Below, in pieces: positions 39,476-53,541 of a stretch of DNA of 64,000 bases. The stretch comes from Podarcis muralis (taxonomy: Eukaryota). Under the pieces are notes generated by a model, which was given only the letters and a program-made list of their open reading frames with translations, was not told the DNA's origin and made no database searches. The position numbers and the translations under genes are program-made. The DNA lies in assembly GCF_964188315.1 (NCBI RefSeq), contig NC_135655.1, positions 29,264,001 to 29,328,000 of the forward strand, given 5' to 3'. How positions within the stretch are numbered: the first letter of the stretch is position 1; each line of letters starts with the position of its first letter.

Positions 39476-40594
39476 AATACAATATTGATTGATTGATTGA
39501 TTGATTGATTGTAAACATTAAGTGCTGCCCTAATGATTTTTTTTTTAAAAAAGCCTGAATCTTGAAGATGGCAAATATAAGATCAACAATCGTTCCAAAA
39601 AAAGTTACTGATGAAATAAGAAAAATCACCTTATAAAGAGATTGACTAGTAAGGGTGCCCATGTGTCTGAGCAGATATTCCTGGCTTGAGGTCTTGGGAG
39701 GCACTAAAATTGAGGTCTACCACCCAACTCACAATGCTATGTGGCTGGCATTGTTGGGGGAATAAATTCCACATTTAACAAAAAATAAATAAATGTATGC
39801 CTCATATTTGATTCCGATTGTCGTTCTTCTCATAATACATGGATGGTTTATGCTGACTACTTTCTCAAAATGGATCTTTGCAGGCTATCCATCAAACAAT
39901 TATATCCAGCATGTGAATTTATAATTACTCTGTAAAATCACTATATTAACTAGTGAATTCATAATTATTGTACATGCATATTGAGCATTTGCTTTGTTTA
40001 TGTCCTACTGTGTGTTACATCAATTTGCACCAGCGCATGATGCACGTGCTATTCTTGTTTGTTGTTATTTGTGATTTATTTCTATTATATATTCTTTCTG
40101 TACATTTGCAATTGGTTTTTGTTTTGTTTCCTGCTTTTGTCTAGCAGAGGCCTGCCTCTTTTTTCTTTTCTTGCTGGACATAGAAGGGAGGCAAACGGAG
40201 ATGAAAGAGAGCTGCCATCAACCATGAAGCAGCAGACCTGTTGTGCATATTTGCTGTGCCCTATGTCTGGATAGGCTATATGCCTCCAGAACAGTAAGCT
40301 AGAACTCATGGGTACTGCCTATCAGCCAGAGTCACTCAAAAGCAATTTCTGCATTGCACTTAACAGAGTTGGAGAACAAGATTAGGAACAGCAGGGACCC
40401 AGAAGTTCAGCACCTGGGACAGCTCCCAGGCTTAGCCAACATGTCGGAGTCCCTGCAATAGCTTAACTTAGATCTCATAACCTCCAGAAGAAGCTGAGGA
40501 AGAAATCTGATTCTGTTCAAAGAACGATAAAATCTTCACTTTCTGAAACAATATGAGAATTGAAACACAGCCATCCTTTGAAATTTGCACTTAC

Positions 40595-40726
40595 CTGAAT
40601 GTTGTGATACAGCGCTCCAACCAATGTGTGTCTAAAAGCATTCATTAGGTACTGTGGGGGCTCTGCCCCACTGCTTACTTCACTTGACAACCCCCCTGAC
40701 TGCTCCGCAAGATGATAATTGCTGAA
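40595..40726 (-). CDS. Candidate 132-bp internal coding exon (FSNYHLAEQSGGLSSEVSSGAEPPQYLMNAFRHTLVGALYHNIQ), gene unknown
   Basis: ttctttaacgttttagtgcag acceptor and consensus CAG|GTAAGT donor. Phase 0-0 and only this frame is open. No homology recognised. Confidence 0.3.
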
Positions 40727-41099
40727 CTGCACTAAAACGTTAAAGAATTTACATGAGGGGTGTGGGTTTTTTTAACACTAGTTGCTACACAAATGTGAAC
40801 TGAATTTGAGATTAGGGAAAAGAGAAGTGGAACGAACCAAAGCTGAGAGAACCTTCTATCCCTAGTGAGGACTGCCAGAGCCCAAATTCTCAATCAAAGC
40901 AGCAGAGAGTTAGATGTCCAAAAGTATTGCATTGTGCTGCAGCTGTGTGACCTGAGAGCCATTTGATTCTTTTCTCCCCTGGAGACCCCTTAGAGATTAA
41001 ATTGCCATGGGTTGAATGCCCCAATTAAGATCCCAGAAGCTCTGACCCACCCAGTTTGTTTTCAAAGCCAGAAACATGTCCCCCCTTTTCAAAGAGATA

Positions 41100-41338
41100 C
41101 AGTGGTACCTCAGGTTACATACGCTTCAGGTTACATACGCTTCAGGTTACAGACTCTGTTAACCCAGAAATAGTACCTCGGGTTAAGAACTTTGCTTCAG
41201 GATGAGAACAGAAATCGTACTCCGGTGGCACAGCAGCAGGAGGCCCCATTAGCTGAAATGGTACTTCGGGTTAAGAGCAGTTTCAGGTTAAGAACGGACC
41301 TCTGGAACGAATTAAGTTCTTAACCCGAGGTACCACTG
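41100..41338 (+). mobile_element. Tigger-like MITE
   Basis: TIR cagtggtacctc...gaggtaccactg with TA flanks. Confidence 0.9.
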
Positions 41339-42765
41339 TATGAGGAATTCAACATCTGATGCCAAGTCTGGTGAGTTATGTGGGTCATGCAAACTCCTAG
41401 GAAGAGAACAAGTAGCTTGAGATGAGGAGTGACTAACAGAAAGGTTTGGGTCTCTGGTCTCAATACTATGTGGCTTGCACTGCTAAGGCAGTAGTCTGAA
41501 ACAATGTTGTGAACTACCTGGGAAACCCAAAGAAATGGTTTTTTTCCCCATAGTCAAAGTGCTTTCCTTGCTTGTTTCATTGTTTCCTGTGCTAAATGTC
41601 TTCTGCTCTGAAGACACAGGCGGAGCAGAAGGGTGAGCACTGCTCTACCACTGGGATCTAGAGCACCAGCACTATCTAGCTCCTACTAAATAGCACAAAT
41701 GACAAGAAGTTGCTGGAGGTGACAAGGTGGGGGAGTGGAAGGTGGGCTCTAGCCTGTCCCTAGCATGGAACCCTGGAGTGAGAAATAGGGCCTGATTTCT
41801 CTGTTCCATCAAATCCCTAGAAGCTTCCAGTCTCTGGGCCATCTGTCTGTCCCTCGTGGGACCATCTGTTCACAATGATCATCCCTCCCAGGACACTGTG
41901 TTCACTGTGACTGGCAGACTGGAGCATGCCAGAAGCTGTGAGAAAGCAACAAGCAGCCTATAAATGTGGAATTTCTATTTCCAGCATGTGAAGCATGTGT
42001 GCGCCTCTCTTGTTTTCCTGTACACCACAATGCAAGGCATTCAAAGACATGGCCCAAAAATAGAACAAAATCTGTAGCCATGATTCCTATATAGCTAAAT
42101 GCTCATTGGAGAAGCACATAGCGAAGACAGGCAAAACTTGCATGAATGAGAGTTTTCCCAGGAATATGCAAAGATACCAGTGAAGTGTTAACAGTTCCTC
42201 AATGGAGGGTATCCTTTGCTGTGTGTAAGTACTAAAGCAAAGCTTATTTTATTTTGCTTACTGTGTTGGGAACTGTGAATTAGATAGATTTGCATTAAAA
42301 TGTGAACCGAACCAAATTTCTCCCCCATCCCTGATTGCTGCATGGCTTCCACATATTTTGGGCAAACTTTCCAAGAATGTAACAAATGCACTTCCTATCT
42401 GGACCCTAATTTTGGAGAAGCGAAATCTTAGTTTTTATCTTATGCTAAAGGGCCATCATATGCCAGTGCTATATGAATGAAAGCATGTATTCCAGATGTC
42501 CCAATTCAGCAAGGATACCCATATTTTGGTGTGCCCTGGTGTCTCTCAGCTATAAAATGGGGCTGCATATTGAAAGATGCATGCACATGTGTTTATTATA
42601 TGCATTTGACTTCCTGTTTTCAACACCTCATTGCAATTAGAAAATATATAAAGAAATAATACATTATAGATGGCTTAATGCCAAAATTGGTTTTTGTACT
42701 TGCAGATAACTTAGAAGCCTACTACGCAAGCATTAAAATATAATTAAAATATACAATCACATGAA

Positions 42766-42799
<34 letters not shown>

Positions 42800-44451
42800 G
42801 TGAAGAGGTATGCTGAGCCAAGCCTGAGTGGAAGTCCTCCTCACCATTTCTCCTCTGTGCTGTATTTGTGCATTACAGTAATAATGTGCTTCATTACTCT
42901 GAAGCAGTTGTTCCAGTTGGTGATACCCACCATAGTTTGTTTCCCATGTTGATCTTTGTCTCAGTTCAGCCCAGCTGGCACTGCCGCAGTATTACCCAGT
43001 GAACACCCAGAACAGCTGTGCTGTGGCACCATGCTGTGGTTGAGTGAGCAATGAGTAGAGGGGTGCACATCTTTGCAGCCCTTGGAGTAGAATATTGCTC
43101 ATACGTAGCTAGATCTTTCCTTCAGCAGTGTTGGATCAGCATAATGGACAGGTTGAGATGGGCAGCTGGACAACACAGAAAGAGGCCAGCTAGCACTCTA
43201 CACTTCCTGCCTGCGAACAGCCACTTGCGAGTAAAGCTCAGATTGATTTGCCAGAGAGCAGGGGCAGCCCAAGACGTTTTTCCGCCTGAGGCAAAATGCT
43301 GCCCCACTGCCACCCCTGCAATGAGTGAGGGATGTGAAGCTCTGCAAGGGCTTCTCCTTAAGGGAGCATTAGTACATTGAAATTATTGTTCCTCCAGTTA
43401 CATTTTATCTCTAGAAGGATCTGAAGCTGAAGCTGATCAATCCCCTCTTTCTCCTTGTTGAGGAAAAGAAACATTTATTGCCACTCTTACTGCAGCCTCA
43501 CCTCCTGACACAATATTATCTCACTGCAACCTGCCCAGTAAGCAAATTGCTTCTTTTGGCCCCAGCACAGTCTCTGCACGAAGCCTGCGATATTGATTCT
43601 GACACTGCACTGGCACATGTGGGACAATTCCAGGAGGTGAAGAATCAATGAGGCCACAATTGCGCCTTCACAGCCAGAGCTATGGGAGGCAAAGGAGGAT
43701 GTGTGAACAGCACGTAAGTGGAAAAAACAAACAAATGTTGGAATGTCCTCAGCTGACTCAGCACAAAAGCAGAGTGGCCATATGAACAGAAACAGCCATG
43801 GCTACTACTACTACTACTGCTACTACTAGTAGTGGGTCCTGCAACAAGCAAGCAAGTAAGCAAATAAATAAATCATCTACTCACACTTCTTTTACCATAC
43901 TTAGTGGACTCTTGTAGTGTGTAGTGCACCTGTTCAGGTTCCACTTAGCTGGGAAGAATGAAAGGATGTTATTCGGCAGCAGTTCCCATCATGCCTGGAG
44001 GATTGGTCCAAGAATGGGAATGTTGGTAAACTCCAACTTCAGCTGATCTTTTTTGGCTTATGGAGTCCTGCAATGGCCCAACTTACCTCCCACAGTTTTT
44101 GAACATCTTCATGAAACTGCTGGGTTCCTTGAGTTCACTGTGAATAGGGAATGATTGTTAAACCACTCTGAGAAATATAGCTCTAGGAGGGGAATATGGG
44201 TCTCCTAACAACTCTTAGCACCCTTAACAAACTACAGCTGCTAGAATTCTTTGGGGAAGCCATAGTGTTTAAAGTGCTATCATAGTGCTTTAAACATCTA
44301 GTGTGAATGTAGCCCAAGAGAAGGGAATGCAACTAGCATTTGGCAAGGAAGTCTAGTCTTTGCACCCCTTGGAAGAGACCTAGTGCCTATAAGCAAAAGA
44401 ATGAGTGGGACTAAGGAATGTAATGTAGGATATATATTTTAGAAAAAGGTA

Positions 44452-45124
44452 CAGTGGTGCCACGCAAGACGAATGCCTTGCAAGACGAAAAACTCGCTAG
44501 ACGAAAGGGTTTTCCGTTTTTTGAGCTGCTTCGCAAGACGAATTTCCCTATAGGCTTGCTTCGCAAGACGAAAAAAATTCTGGGTTTGAATTTCTGTGTG
44601 GTGGGTGGCTGGGGGAACAGTTGGGGAGGGGTTTGCAAGAATCTGGAAGCTTATGTGGTTTTTTTCTGCATTTTTATGATTTTCTGTGACCATTGGGCGA
44701 CTGCGGTTTTTTTAAAAAAAATTCTGGATTTGAATTTCTGTGTGCTGGGTGGCTGGGGGAACAGTTGGGGAGGGGTTTGCAAGAATCTGGAAGCTTGTGT
44801 GGTTTTTTTCTGCATTTTTATGATTTTCTGTGACCATTGGGCCACTCTGCTGTTTTTTTAAAAAAATTCTGGGTTTGAATTTTGAAATGCTCTTTACAGT
44901 ATGTGTGACTTTAAAGAGCACTTAATAAACTCTTGTTGTACCAAATTTGGCTTTGTTTGGACTTTTTTTGACCATAGGAACGCATTAATTGATTTTCAAT
45001 GCATTCCTATGGGAAACCGTGCTTCGCAAGATGAAAAATTCGCTAGACAAAAAAACTCGCGGAACGAATTAATTTCGTCTTGCGAGGCACTACTGTATAT
45101 ATTTCGTCTTGCGAGGCACTACTG
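44452..45124. mobile_element. Second Tigger-like MITE family, with an internal tandem duplication and a duplicated right TIR
   Basis: TIR cagtggtgcc.cgcaagacgaa. About 143-bp units at 44571-44712 and 44713-44858. Right end atttcgtcttgcgaggcactactgta occurs twice. Confidence 0.85.
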
Positions 45125-47097
45125 TATTTATGGTAGCAGATAAAGGATCTGAACAAAAGCATCATGGAAGTAAGGATGGGAAGTCAAAATGCTAAGGGAA
45201 TGTTGTATTAAAACTGAATTGAATGTGTTGAACTGTATGAAAATCAATAAAACATTATGGGTAAAAAAATAATTAAAAAAGGAAGAGACCCAGTGTCTCT
45301 CGAATTCCACTTTCAGATTCATTCTAGGGGGGGTCTCTGCATGTTCTCTATATTTTCCCCACCTCTCTTGTTGAGTTTGTTGAAAGGCAAGTGATTTCAT
45401 TAAAATCTGCAAAGTTCTTTGAAGATTAAAAGTGCCAAGTAGGATTATTAACAGAGTTCTTGTTTCATTTGCTTCAGTAACAGTGGCTCCAGGGAAAGGA
45501 AGGCTCTCAACATACGCATGCTACGCATTTGCTTGAGCCTCCACAATATTTATCAACTTTTGCGAGCTTAGAGGAGCACAAAACAAAATTGGAACAGCAG
45601 CCCTTGCATTCGTTCTGGAGCAGGTGAAAACTGAAATAAAATGTGGCCCCATGAATGGGTATTTTCTCCTCCCTCTCCAAATTCCCCCAACATCCTGCTA
45701 ATTGATACCCTACCTGGAGACTCCTGTGCAACTTGGATGCATGTCATAGAGTCAGCACATGACATGCTGCCCCCATTGTGATGTCGTTGTGATGTTCCAT
45801 CACTGCCACAGCCACATTGTTTACACTTCCAGCCTTATAGTGTCCTGAGGAGAGTAAATCCAAGTGATTTATTGTCTAAACACCTGGTGACAGGGAGACA
45901 CTCTTCCGCGCCCACACAGCCAGGCTAAAGCATTTTATCTCACGTCCTATCAATCAGCAAAAACCTCCAATGCATGTTTACTCTGATGCAGGCAGGATAG
46001 AGGAAGCACCAAGGGTGCAAAGCGAAGGGCTTTGAAAGCAATCATTTTGCAGCAGGGTGTTTGTCACATTTGTCTCCTGCCTTTGCATTCATCCAAGGAG
46101 CTCAGGGCTATCTCCACAGGGTCCTCTGACTTTATTCTCACAACAGCCCTGTGAAGTAGATTAGGCTGAGAAACTGTGATGCTAACTTGAGGTCATCTAG
46201 TGAGCTTCACGGCTGTGTGGAAATTTAAACCTACCACAACCACACTGGCTGTCCTGAACCACAGGTATTGCTGAACTTTTAGAGCCTTCCTCAACCTAAA
46301 GATTTGCAGAAAGATCATGAGAAGTGTTGCAAATTCAAAATAAAAATGGTGTTGATCCTGATGTGCAGCAATTTTCAAGCAATTCATTATGTAGTGGAGG
46401 GCACTTGAAAGGCATTGGAATAAAGAATTGCTGTTAGGTCCCCCCCCCCCTTTAACAAGGCCAATGACTCTTGAGTGTAGATGCAAGGTGAATCAGGAGA
46501 ATCCTATTTTTATTATTTCCCCTGCATAGTTATAGACTAAATGTTACTGTATTTGTTAACATGGGGGCGGGGGGATGCCAGGCTTCTCTGAACCCAAGAT
46601 TTCAATAATAGTTCATTTGTCCCTGCAGACGCAGATTCCATAAATTGCACTACACAGAAACACACTGCTCACTCTCTCTACCTATCAGTCCTAGGCATGT
46701 GACCATATGCTCAATACCAGATCAGCTCATACAGCTCACACAGGATATCAAAGCAGCTCCACCACCCCCATTCTTATAAACAAAGAGTGCCAAGCATCCT
46801 CTCCTTTGAGTAAGCAAACTAGATAGCCGAACCACCTCCAAATGGCCCTAGACAGGTCCCATCGCTACTTCACAGATGTCTCTCACATCCTCACTGGTAG
46901 CAGTGGGGTGAGGATGGGCAGACTTGCTGTTTCAGAGGAGATCGTGATGCCCTATTAGCATACCAGTGCCATTAAAACAGGAGAGATGTGCAAGATGGTG
47001 ACCCCAAAATCCCACAGGTGGATCTGGGAATAGCCATGACAGCACACTTCCACTGACAGGGGGTTTCTTCCACAGCTATTTGATGAGAGCTACCACA

Positions 47098-47454
47098 GGG
47101 GACGCGGGTGGCGCTGTGGGTAAAACCTCAGCGCCTAGGACTTGCCGATCGTCAGGTCGGCGGTTCGAATCCCCACGGCGGGGTGCGCTCCCGCTGCTCG
47201 GTCCCAGCACCTGCCAACCTAGCAGTTCGAAAGCACCTCCGGGTGCAAGTAGATAAATAGGGACCACTTACTAGCGGGAAGGTAAACGGCGTTTCCGTGT
47301 GCTGCGCTGGCTCGCCAGATGAAGCTTGTCACGCTGGCCACGTGACCCAGAAGTGTCTTCGGACAGCGCTGGCCCCCGGCCTCTTAAGTGAGATGGGCGC
47401 ACAACCCTAGAGTCGGACACGACTGGCCCGTACGGGCAGAGGTACCTTTACCTT
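47098..47454 (+). mobile_element. Sauria SINE, young CpG-rich (POM-like) copy
   Basis: B box ggttcgaatcc intact. Bov-B-like gagtcggacacgact near the end. TSD taccaca at 47091-47097 and 47455-47461. Confidence 0.9.
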
Positions 47455-50400
47455 TACCACACAGCTAGAAGAAAGATGAGACATGGCTTGTCTGTCTACA
47501 CAATGAAGTCAGAACGGTCCTACATTTGCATTGATTTACTCACTTACTAAATTTATATATTATCCTTCAGACATGCCTCCAGGGTTGTTTACATAAAATC
47601 CAGCAAATTACAAAGAATACAAGGGAGAGAGGGAGAGGGAGAATTCAAATAGGCACTGAACAGAACAACAGCTCAAACACCTCATGCCAAGAAATGTGAA
47701 AGTCCTGGACTGTGACCTGAGAGACCAGGGTTGAAATCCCAACTCGGTCATGAAACTGACTGAGTGTTCTTGAGCCACTGAGCCAGTCACTGTCTCTCAG
47801 CCTAGCCTACTTCACAGGATTGTGGTGAGGATCAAATGGGATGGGGGGAGAACCACATCTTCTCAGCTCTAATTTAAACTAGACAGGTTTTGGCTTAGAG
47901 CTGAAAAGATGTGGGTACCAGGTAGGTGAGGGAAGTCCACAAATGTGGTACTGTGAATGAAGGACTCTCTTTTTGGTCACTGGTCACTATACCATGGATG
48001 GTGGGGGCACATGGAGGACAGACTCTGAAGATGATCTTAATATATGGGCTCAATATGCTTATCCATTCCTGCCTCCGCCAAAACACAGACTACATTCAGA
48101 AAGCACTTTATTCCACTTTCTTGACATTTCCTCACTTAATTGTTTTGTTTTGCCTTTTATGCAATCTTTCACACGATGCAGAAGTCACTTCTGGAAATCC
48201 AGCGGAAACTACTGGAAGTTTAGTGGCTCATTTTCATGTTAACTGCTTCCAGGAAGGAAAAAAAAAGTCTGTTTGCAAACCTGCTGATCCAGAAAATCAC
48301 CAAACAAAATTTGGGGCAGTATCTCCGCATACATTTGTTTCCCATAGTTCCACCATCTAGCATGACATGGCAGCATATTGATCAGAAAACCACAGTTCCA
48401 TAATGCAGCAGGTACTGCAGTGTAAAAGGAACGTTAGCAAGTGGGAAAGTATTATATCCAGGGAAATTAAACACAGCAACCCCCATGTCTGAATGTAGCC
48501 TTGCAGTAATGTTGATTGTTCAAAGAAGCCAATGGCCTCTGATCGCTTTCTTGACATTCCTAAAGAATCCCCTCCTTCTAGCCAGAGACTCTGAAGTCAC
48601 TCACCTTCCTTTGCTGAATCTTTTGTGGTTTATCAGCCTCAGAATTTATTCAGATAACTTTGAGGTACTTCAGAGAAAAGCAGCCATAAATTATGGAAGG
48701 GCTACAAGGACTGGTTTATGACGAAAGGAATATTATATATACACAGCTTGGCAGGGGTCCAGGAGTTTAAAGGTAGACCCCGTCATGAACTCATTCAGGA
48801 TTAATAGCAATTAATAATTTAAATAATAATTAAAAGACAAACTAAGAGGGGGCAAGATAGTTGCTTAGGGGGAAGGATATATATATTCCACAGAGGAGGC
48901 TTCCATTGCAGAGCAGGGAATGCAATGCAATGGAAATAACATCAAGGCAGCGGAATCTTATCAGGGGATGTTTCATCATTGTGAGACAAATTAAAGATTG
49001 GCTTTGGTGAGTGACTTAGATCCAGCTGACCTGAGTTGAAACACAACTTCTGGTGGAGATGAATATAAACATAAAACTCTGGAGTGTGTCAAGCACACAC
49101 GTCATTTGTTTGAAGGGGCTCCATTTGACCCAGGTTATTTGCAGGTGAGTCAGAGATAATAAAACAGGAAAAATAACTTTGGCGTGCTTTATTCTTCTAA
49201 GGCTGCAGTCTGATGCATACTGACTTTGAAACATGCTCCACTGCATTCAGTGGGCCTTATGTTTAAGTAAACATGTGCAGAACTGGGCACTGACAAGGAA
49301 ACAAGGCTGCAATTCTATGTGGATTGGTGGGCTAATCCTGATTTCCCACACAACCAGTGTGTCAAGCTGGGTAGGTGGGCAGGGCAAGTCCTGAACTATT
49401 CAAGCCCCAGCAATCAGCTGATTGTCGGTGCTTGCAAAACAATGTGGTTGCAAACCCCTTTGGCCAGGCCGTGGCTTCATTTGCCCCACACCTGATGTCC
49501 TATATGATGTCAGGTGTAGGCAGGAGAGCATGGCTTGCCCAAAATGAGCTGGTGAGCCAGTTGGGGGCCTAATTCATCCTGTGGGCCAGAGATTCCCCAC
49601 TCATGTGCTGGGGAGAAAGCCCAATTGAATTCAGTCTGTCTTACATGCTTAGGATTGTGCTGAGTTGACACAGATTAGAATCATGGAACTATTTTGTGAA
49701 AGCTGCAAAATATTTTTTAAAATGCTAAAAAAAAAGTTACAAACTTCACAAAAATCAACAGAAGGTGAACTTTAAAACAATAAAAAGTGCACAACCATGG
49801 CAGAGACATATTCACTCAAACTGGCAAAGCTTGTCAGAACAATAATATATTCAAGTGTCTCTGAGAAGCACAGATAGTGGATGCCTGTTCGTATCTCAAC
49901 AGGAATGCTGTTCCATAGAACAGGGGCAGCCACATTGAAAGCCCTGCTCTCAATTATGGTGGAACAGTCTTCTGATATCTATAGAACTTGAAGAAGAAGC
50001 TCTCCTACAGACCAGTGACCTACAGGGTATTTACATAAAAGATAAGGCAGTCACTCAAGTAATCGGTCTGCACAGCTGTATAGATCCTTACGTTTGTACC
50101 AAATAATGAACTGCTGTAAAGTAACTGAGCAACTGAATTTGATTGGTTTAATTTTAACTTGTTTATAGAGGGATCCATTCATTAAATTTGAGGAAAGGGA
50201 TCCACACTGAGGGGGAGCTGCTTCCCTCCTTTCTTCTCCTTGGCATGAAGCAGCAGTGCTGACCTCCTCTTACTGGGTCTGAATCTAATCAAGCATTACT
50301 ACATGTTGGGAATGAGAGGGTTGACTGGCCTTCCTTCGGGGAATAGGCTCGTGAATAAGCCTTTCAAGATTCAAGCTTTATGGAAACAGACATATGAAGA

Positions 50401-52556
50401 CACAGATGAGCAGAGCAAGGGGCCAGCAAGCCTAGGCACCTGTTCCAGGGGGACAAAGGCTTACTGGGATACTTTTGATTGAGGAAGTTTAAGATGCAAA
50501 ATACAGTTCAAAATGGAACTTACATATATACCCTGCTAGGACTTTCCCTCGGTCAGAGTTCTGTGTTGCTCCAAGATAGTGCTGTGCCAAAAAAATTATC
50601 CAGTGTGTTTTCCTACTATTCTCCATCAACTAATGATAAAATGAACTTCATTTGAAAATTATAAAAAAGGAGAAAGAAAAATCCAGTCAACTGCTCATGA
50701 GTGAGGCACAGCATTTCCTGTTATGTTTGCCTTATTTTCAAGGGGGTTGAGGGATTTAATGGGTGTTCTTTCATTCTATATATTAGATGCAGAGGAACGG
50801 CCAGATATGTGGATGATTTCTTGCCAGTCCACTTTGCAGGACTGGGAGAGAATGAGTCTGTGGGCCACCAATTTCTACCCCCATCTTCTGTTTGTCCTGC
50901 TTGTAAAACTAGTTGTCACCAGCATTCAAAGAACTGTTTTTAGAATGGTCCCATTCTAATGGAGGGGGTGAGGGGTGGCCATTTTTCATACTACATCAAA
51001 GATGCTCTTGAGTTTCATTCATTTCCTTCAGATGTTAGCTATTCAAAGATGTTCTTTGTGTCACTTGTGGGAGTGACCATAAAGCCTAGTGAACAGTGCA
51101 ATGTCCCTTGTTCCAGACCACAGAGCAAGATTGCTAATGTTTTGCAGTCAGGGCCTTCTAAATATTCCTGGGAACTGGGATGAAACTATCATGGTGTCCT
51201 CCCAAAAGCATGACTCAGTCTATAGATTAGTGAAGCGAGAATGACTGAGCTGCTAGTGTCAAAAGGGGGTGCATTTTCCAGAGGCAGACTGTATTTCTTT
51301 GAAATGGCACTGGTACACTCACAATTGCTTGTGTGTGCAATTTGTGCTCAGCAGACCAACACACTCCCATTTCGATTCAATGGTACTTTCTCCCTCATCG
51401 CTTGAGACCAAAGAAGTCTGCAAAGCACAACCTTAAAGTGACCTTCCAATCCTCCATTATTTAATAATTTAATAACAATTATCATCCAAGAGCTACAATT
51501 ATACCCTGCGCAGGCAGAGAGAAGAATGCAGAGCTGATTACACAATCAAAATGTCTTGGCTTATTAGAAATACAAACAAGCTTCTATTAGAGATTGACAT
51601 AAGTGGGCCAGCTCTTCCACTGGCGTAAACGGGCGTCGCTCCACACCAATCAACACAACTGGGGTACTTTCCACCAGCTTATTTGTGGCCCTTTGTCTTT
51701 AAAATAATCAGATCAGCTACATGGTATACATTGCTAAACAAAATCATGCCCAAACATATTTTGTATGCATATAAATAATACATCCCATAATGACACAGTA
51801 AATTAAAAGATTGGGCTCTTCACTACAATGTGATTTTTTCAGTCCTTTTATGTTTACATTGACTGTGTTGGTATTGTTGAATTGGAACAGAATATTCTGG
51901 GCTGTCTGTGTCTTGGAGCGGTTGATGGTAATGATAGTTATTTCTGCTGGTTTGCTAATCTTTGGCACTGTGGTGGGTGCGGCTGATGGTGTTGTTGGCA
52001 TTTAGTAGGGACTTTTTTCTCTCTCTTTTTAATCATAAGTGGGATCTATCAGCATTCCAAAGGCTGCTTCTTTCATGACATTAGGACCTGCCTTTTTATT
52101 TTTATTTTTTGCATACGTTACTCTGCAATATGCCAGGTAAATGGTACTACATAATAAATAATAATACTCAGATTCCAAATAGTGACAGTTTCATGCTCAC
52201 TAGGTCAATGATCAAAGAAATGTGCATATACAAATCATGGCCTTTCCTAACATAGGCTCCCTCCAGGCTCCTGTTTGCTTGAGGGTGTTTTCTGCAACAT
52301 GCCATTGACACAATAATAGGGCATTTGTGATGGATTTATACTGGACCATCCATACATTCTGCTGTATTTGTTGTTTTGCAATGCTTTCCCAATTTCACCA
52401 CATTATTGTTCTTCTAGTGCAACAAATGAAACAGTATGTCTACCTTGAACCATTGCAGATGTAAACAGTATAGGAAGCAGAATTAATACTGTCTTGAGCA
52501 CAAATATTCATGAATGCACAATAAGAAGGATGCATAGAAGGGCACTCACTACAGAG

Positions 52557-52692
52557 CAGGCTTCCTCAGCCTCGGCCCTCCAGATGTTTTTGGCCTACAA
52601 CTCCCATGATCCCTAGGTAGCAGGACCAATGGTCAGGGATGATGGGAATTGTAGTCTCAAAACATCTGGAGGGCCGAGGTTGAGGAAGCCTG
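52557..52692. mobile_element. 136-bp hAT MITE
   Basis: Long TIRs caggcttcctca.cctcggccctccagatgtttt. TSD cta(c/t)agag. Confidence 0.9.
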
Positions 52693-53276
52693 CTATAGAG
52701 CGATCAACAAAGAAGATGAAGATGTAACCACTTGATCATAGTCATTCCCTGTTATCCATGGCTTGCTTTCTCCTCCCTCCACTTTTGTCTGCTCCTCTGT
52801 AAAAGTTGCTCCATTTGCTTGTGGTGGAGAGAGGCTGCAGACACAAACATGTCTATTTGGGGGAGGTGTCTTCTCGTCACTAGAAACACTTAGGATAGCA
52901 GCCAGTTTCCCCCCCTACTCATGTAGTGTAATGACTAGAGATCTCTCTCCATTAACTTGCATACGGGGAAAGAACAAACTGCAGGGCCTCCCCTCCCCCC
53001 CAAAAAAATGGCTGGTAGCCCACCAAGGACCCTTAGGGTAAAATGATTCTTAAAAGGTAAGTGAGATTGTCCAATTCTACTACTTCTGTCCCCCAACAAT
53101 TGTGAGGATATAGCTTTTCTCACCCCATGCAAGTCAATAGAGAATCCCCTTGATTCCATAAGTGGGGGGGGGGGGCAGCACCACCAGAAACAGCTAGGGG
53201 GGTGAGCAATTTAATCCAGTGCAATCCTAAACATGCTAGTTCAAGTCCCACTGTCTGCAGTGTAGCTTAGAGGAGA

Positions 53277-53541
53277 TATGATAGTCATCTTCAAGGATGA
53301 AACAAGCATGTTTTTTCTCCTGCTCTGTAGAGTAGGACTCGAAACCATGGCTTCAAGTTACAAGAAAGAAGATTCTGACTAAACAGCAGGAAGATCTTTC
53401 TGAGTAAATAACTGTTCGACAGTGGACTAGTCTATATCGGAAGGTGGTGGACCTTTGTTCATGGGATGTATTTAAGCAAAGGTTGGATGGCCATCTGTCT
53501 TAAGAGATTCCTTTCCAACTCTACAATACTATGATTCTACG
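53277..53541 (+). mobile_element. CR1 3' fragment
   Basis: Similar to 28700-29020. ctatgattcta tail. Confidence 0.75.

Noticed and set aside
44030-44140. Minus-strand GAG|GTAAGT exon candidate
   Set aside because: The opposite strand is a decayed L2 RT motif (GV.Q...L.P..FNIFMK.LG).
50790-50830. RYVDDFL, an RT-like motif
   Set aside because: Isolated, with no other RT motifs around it.
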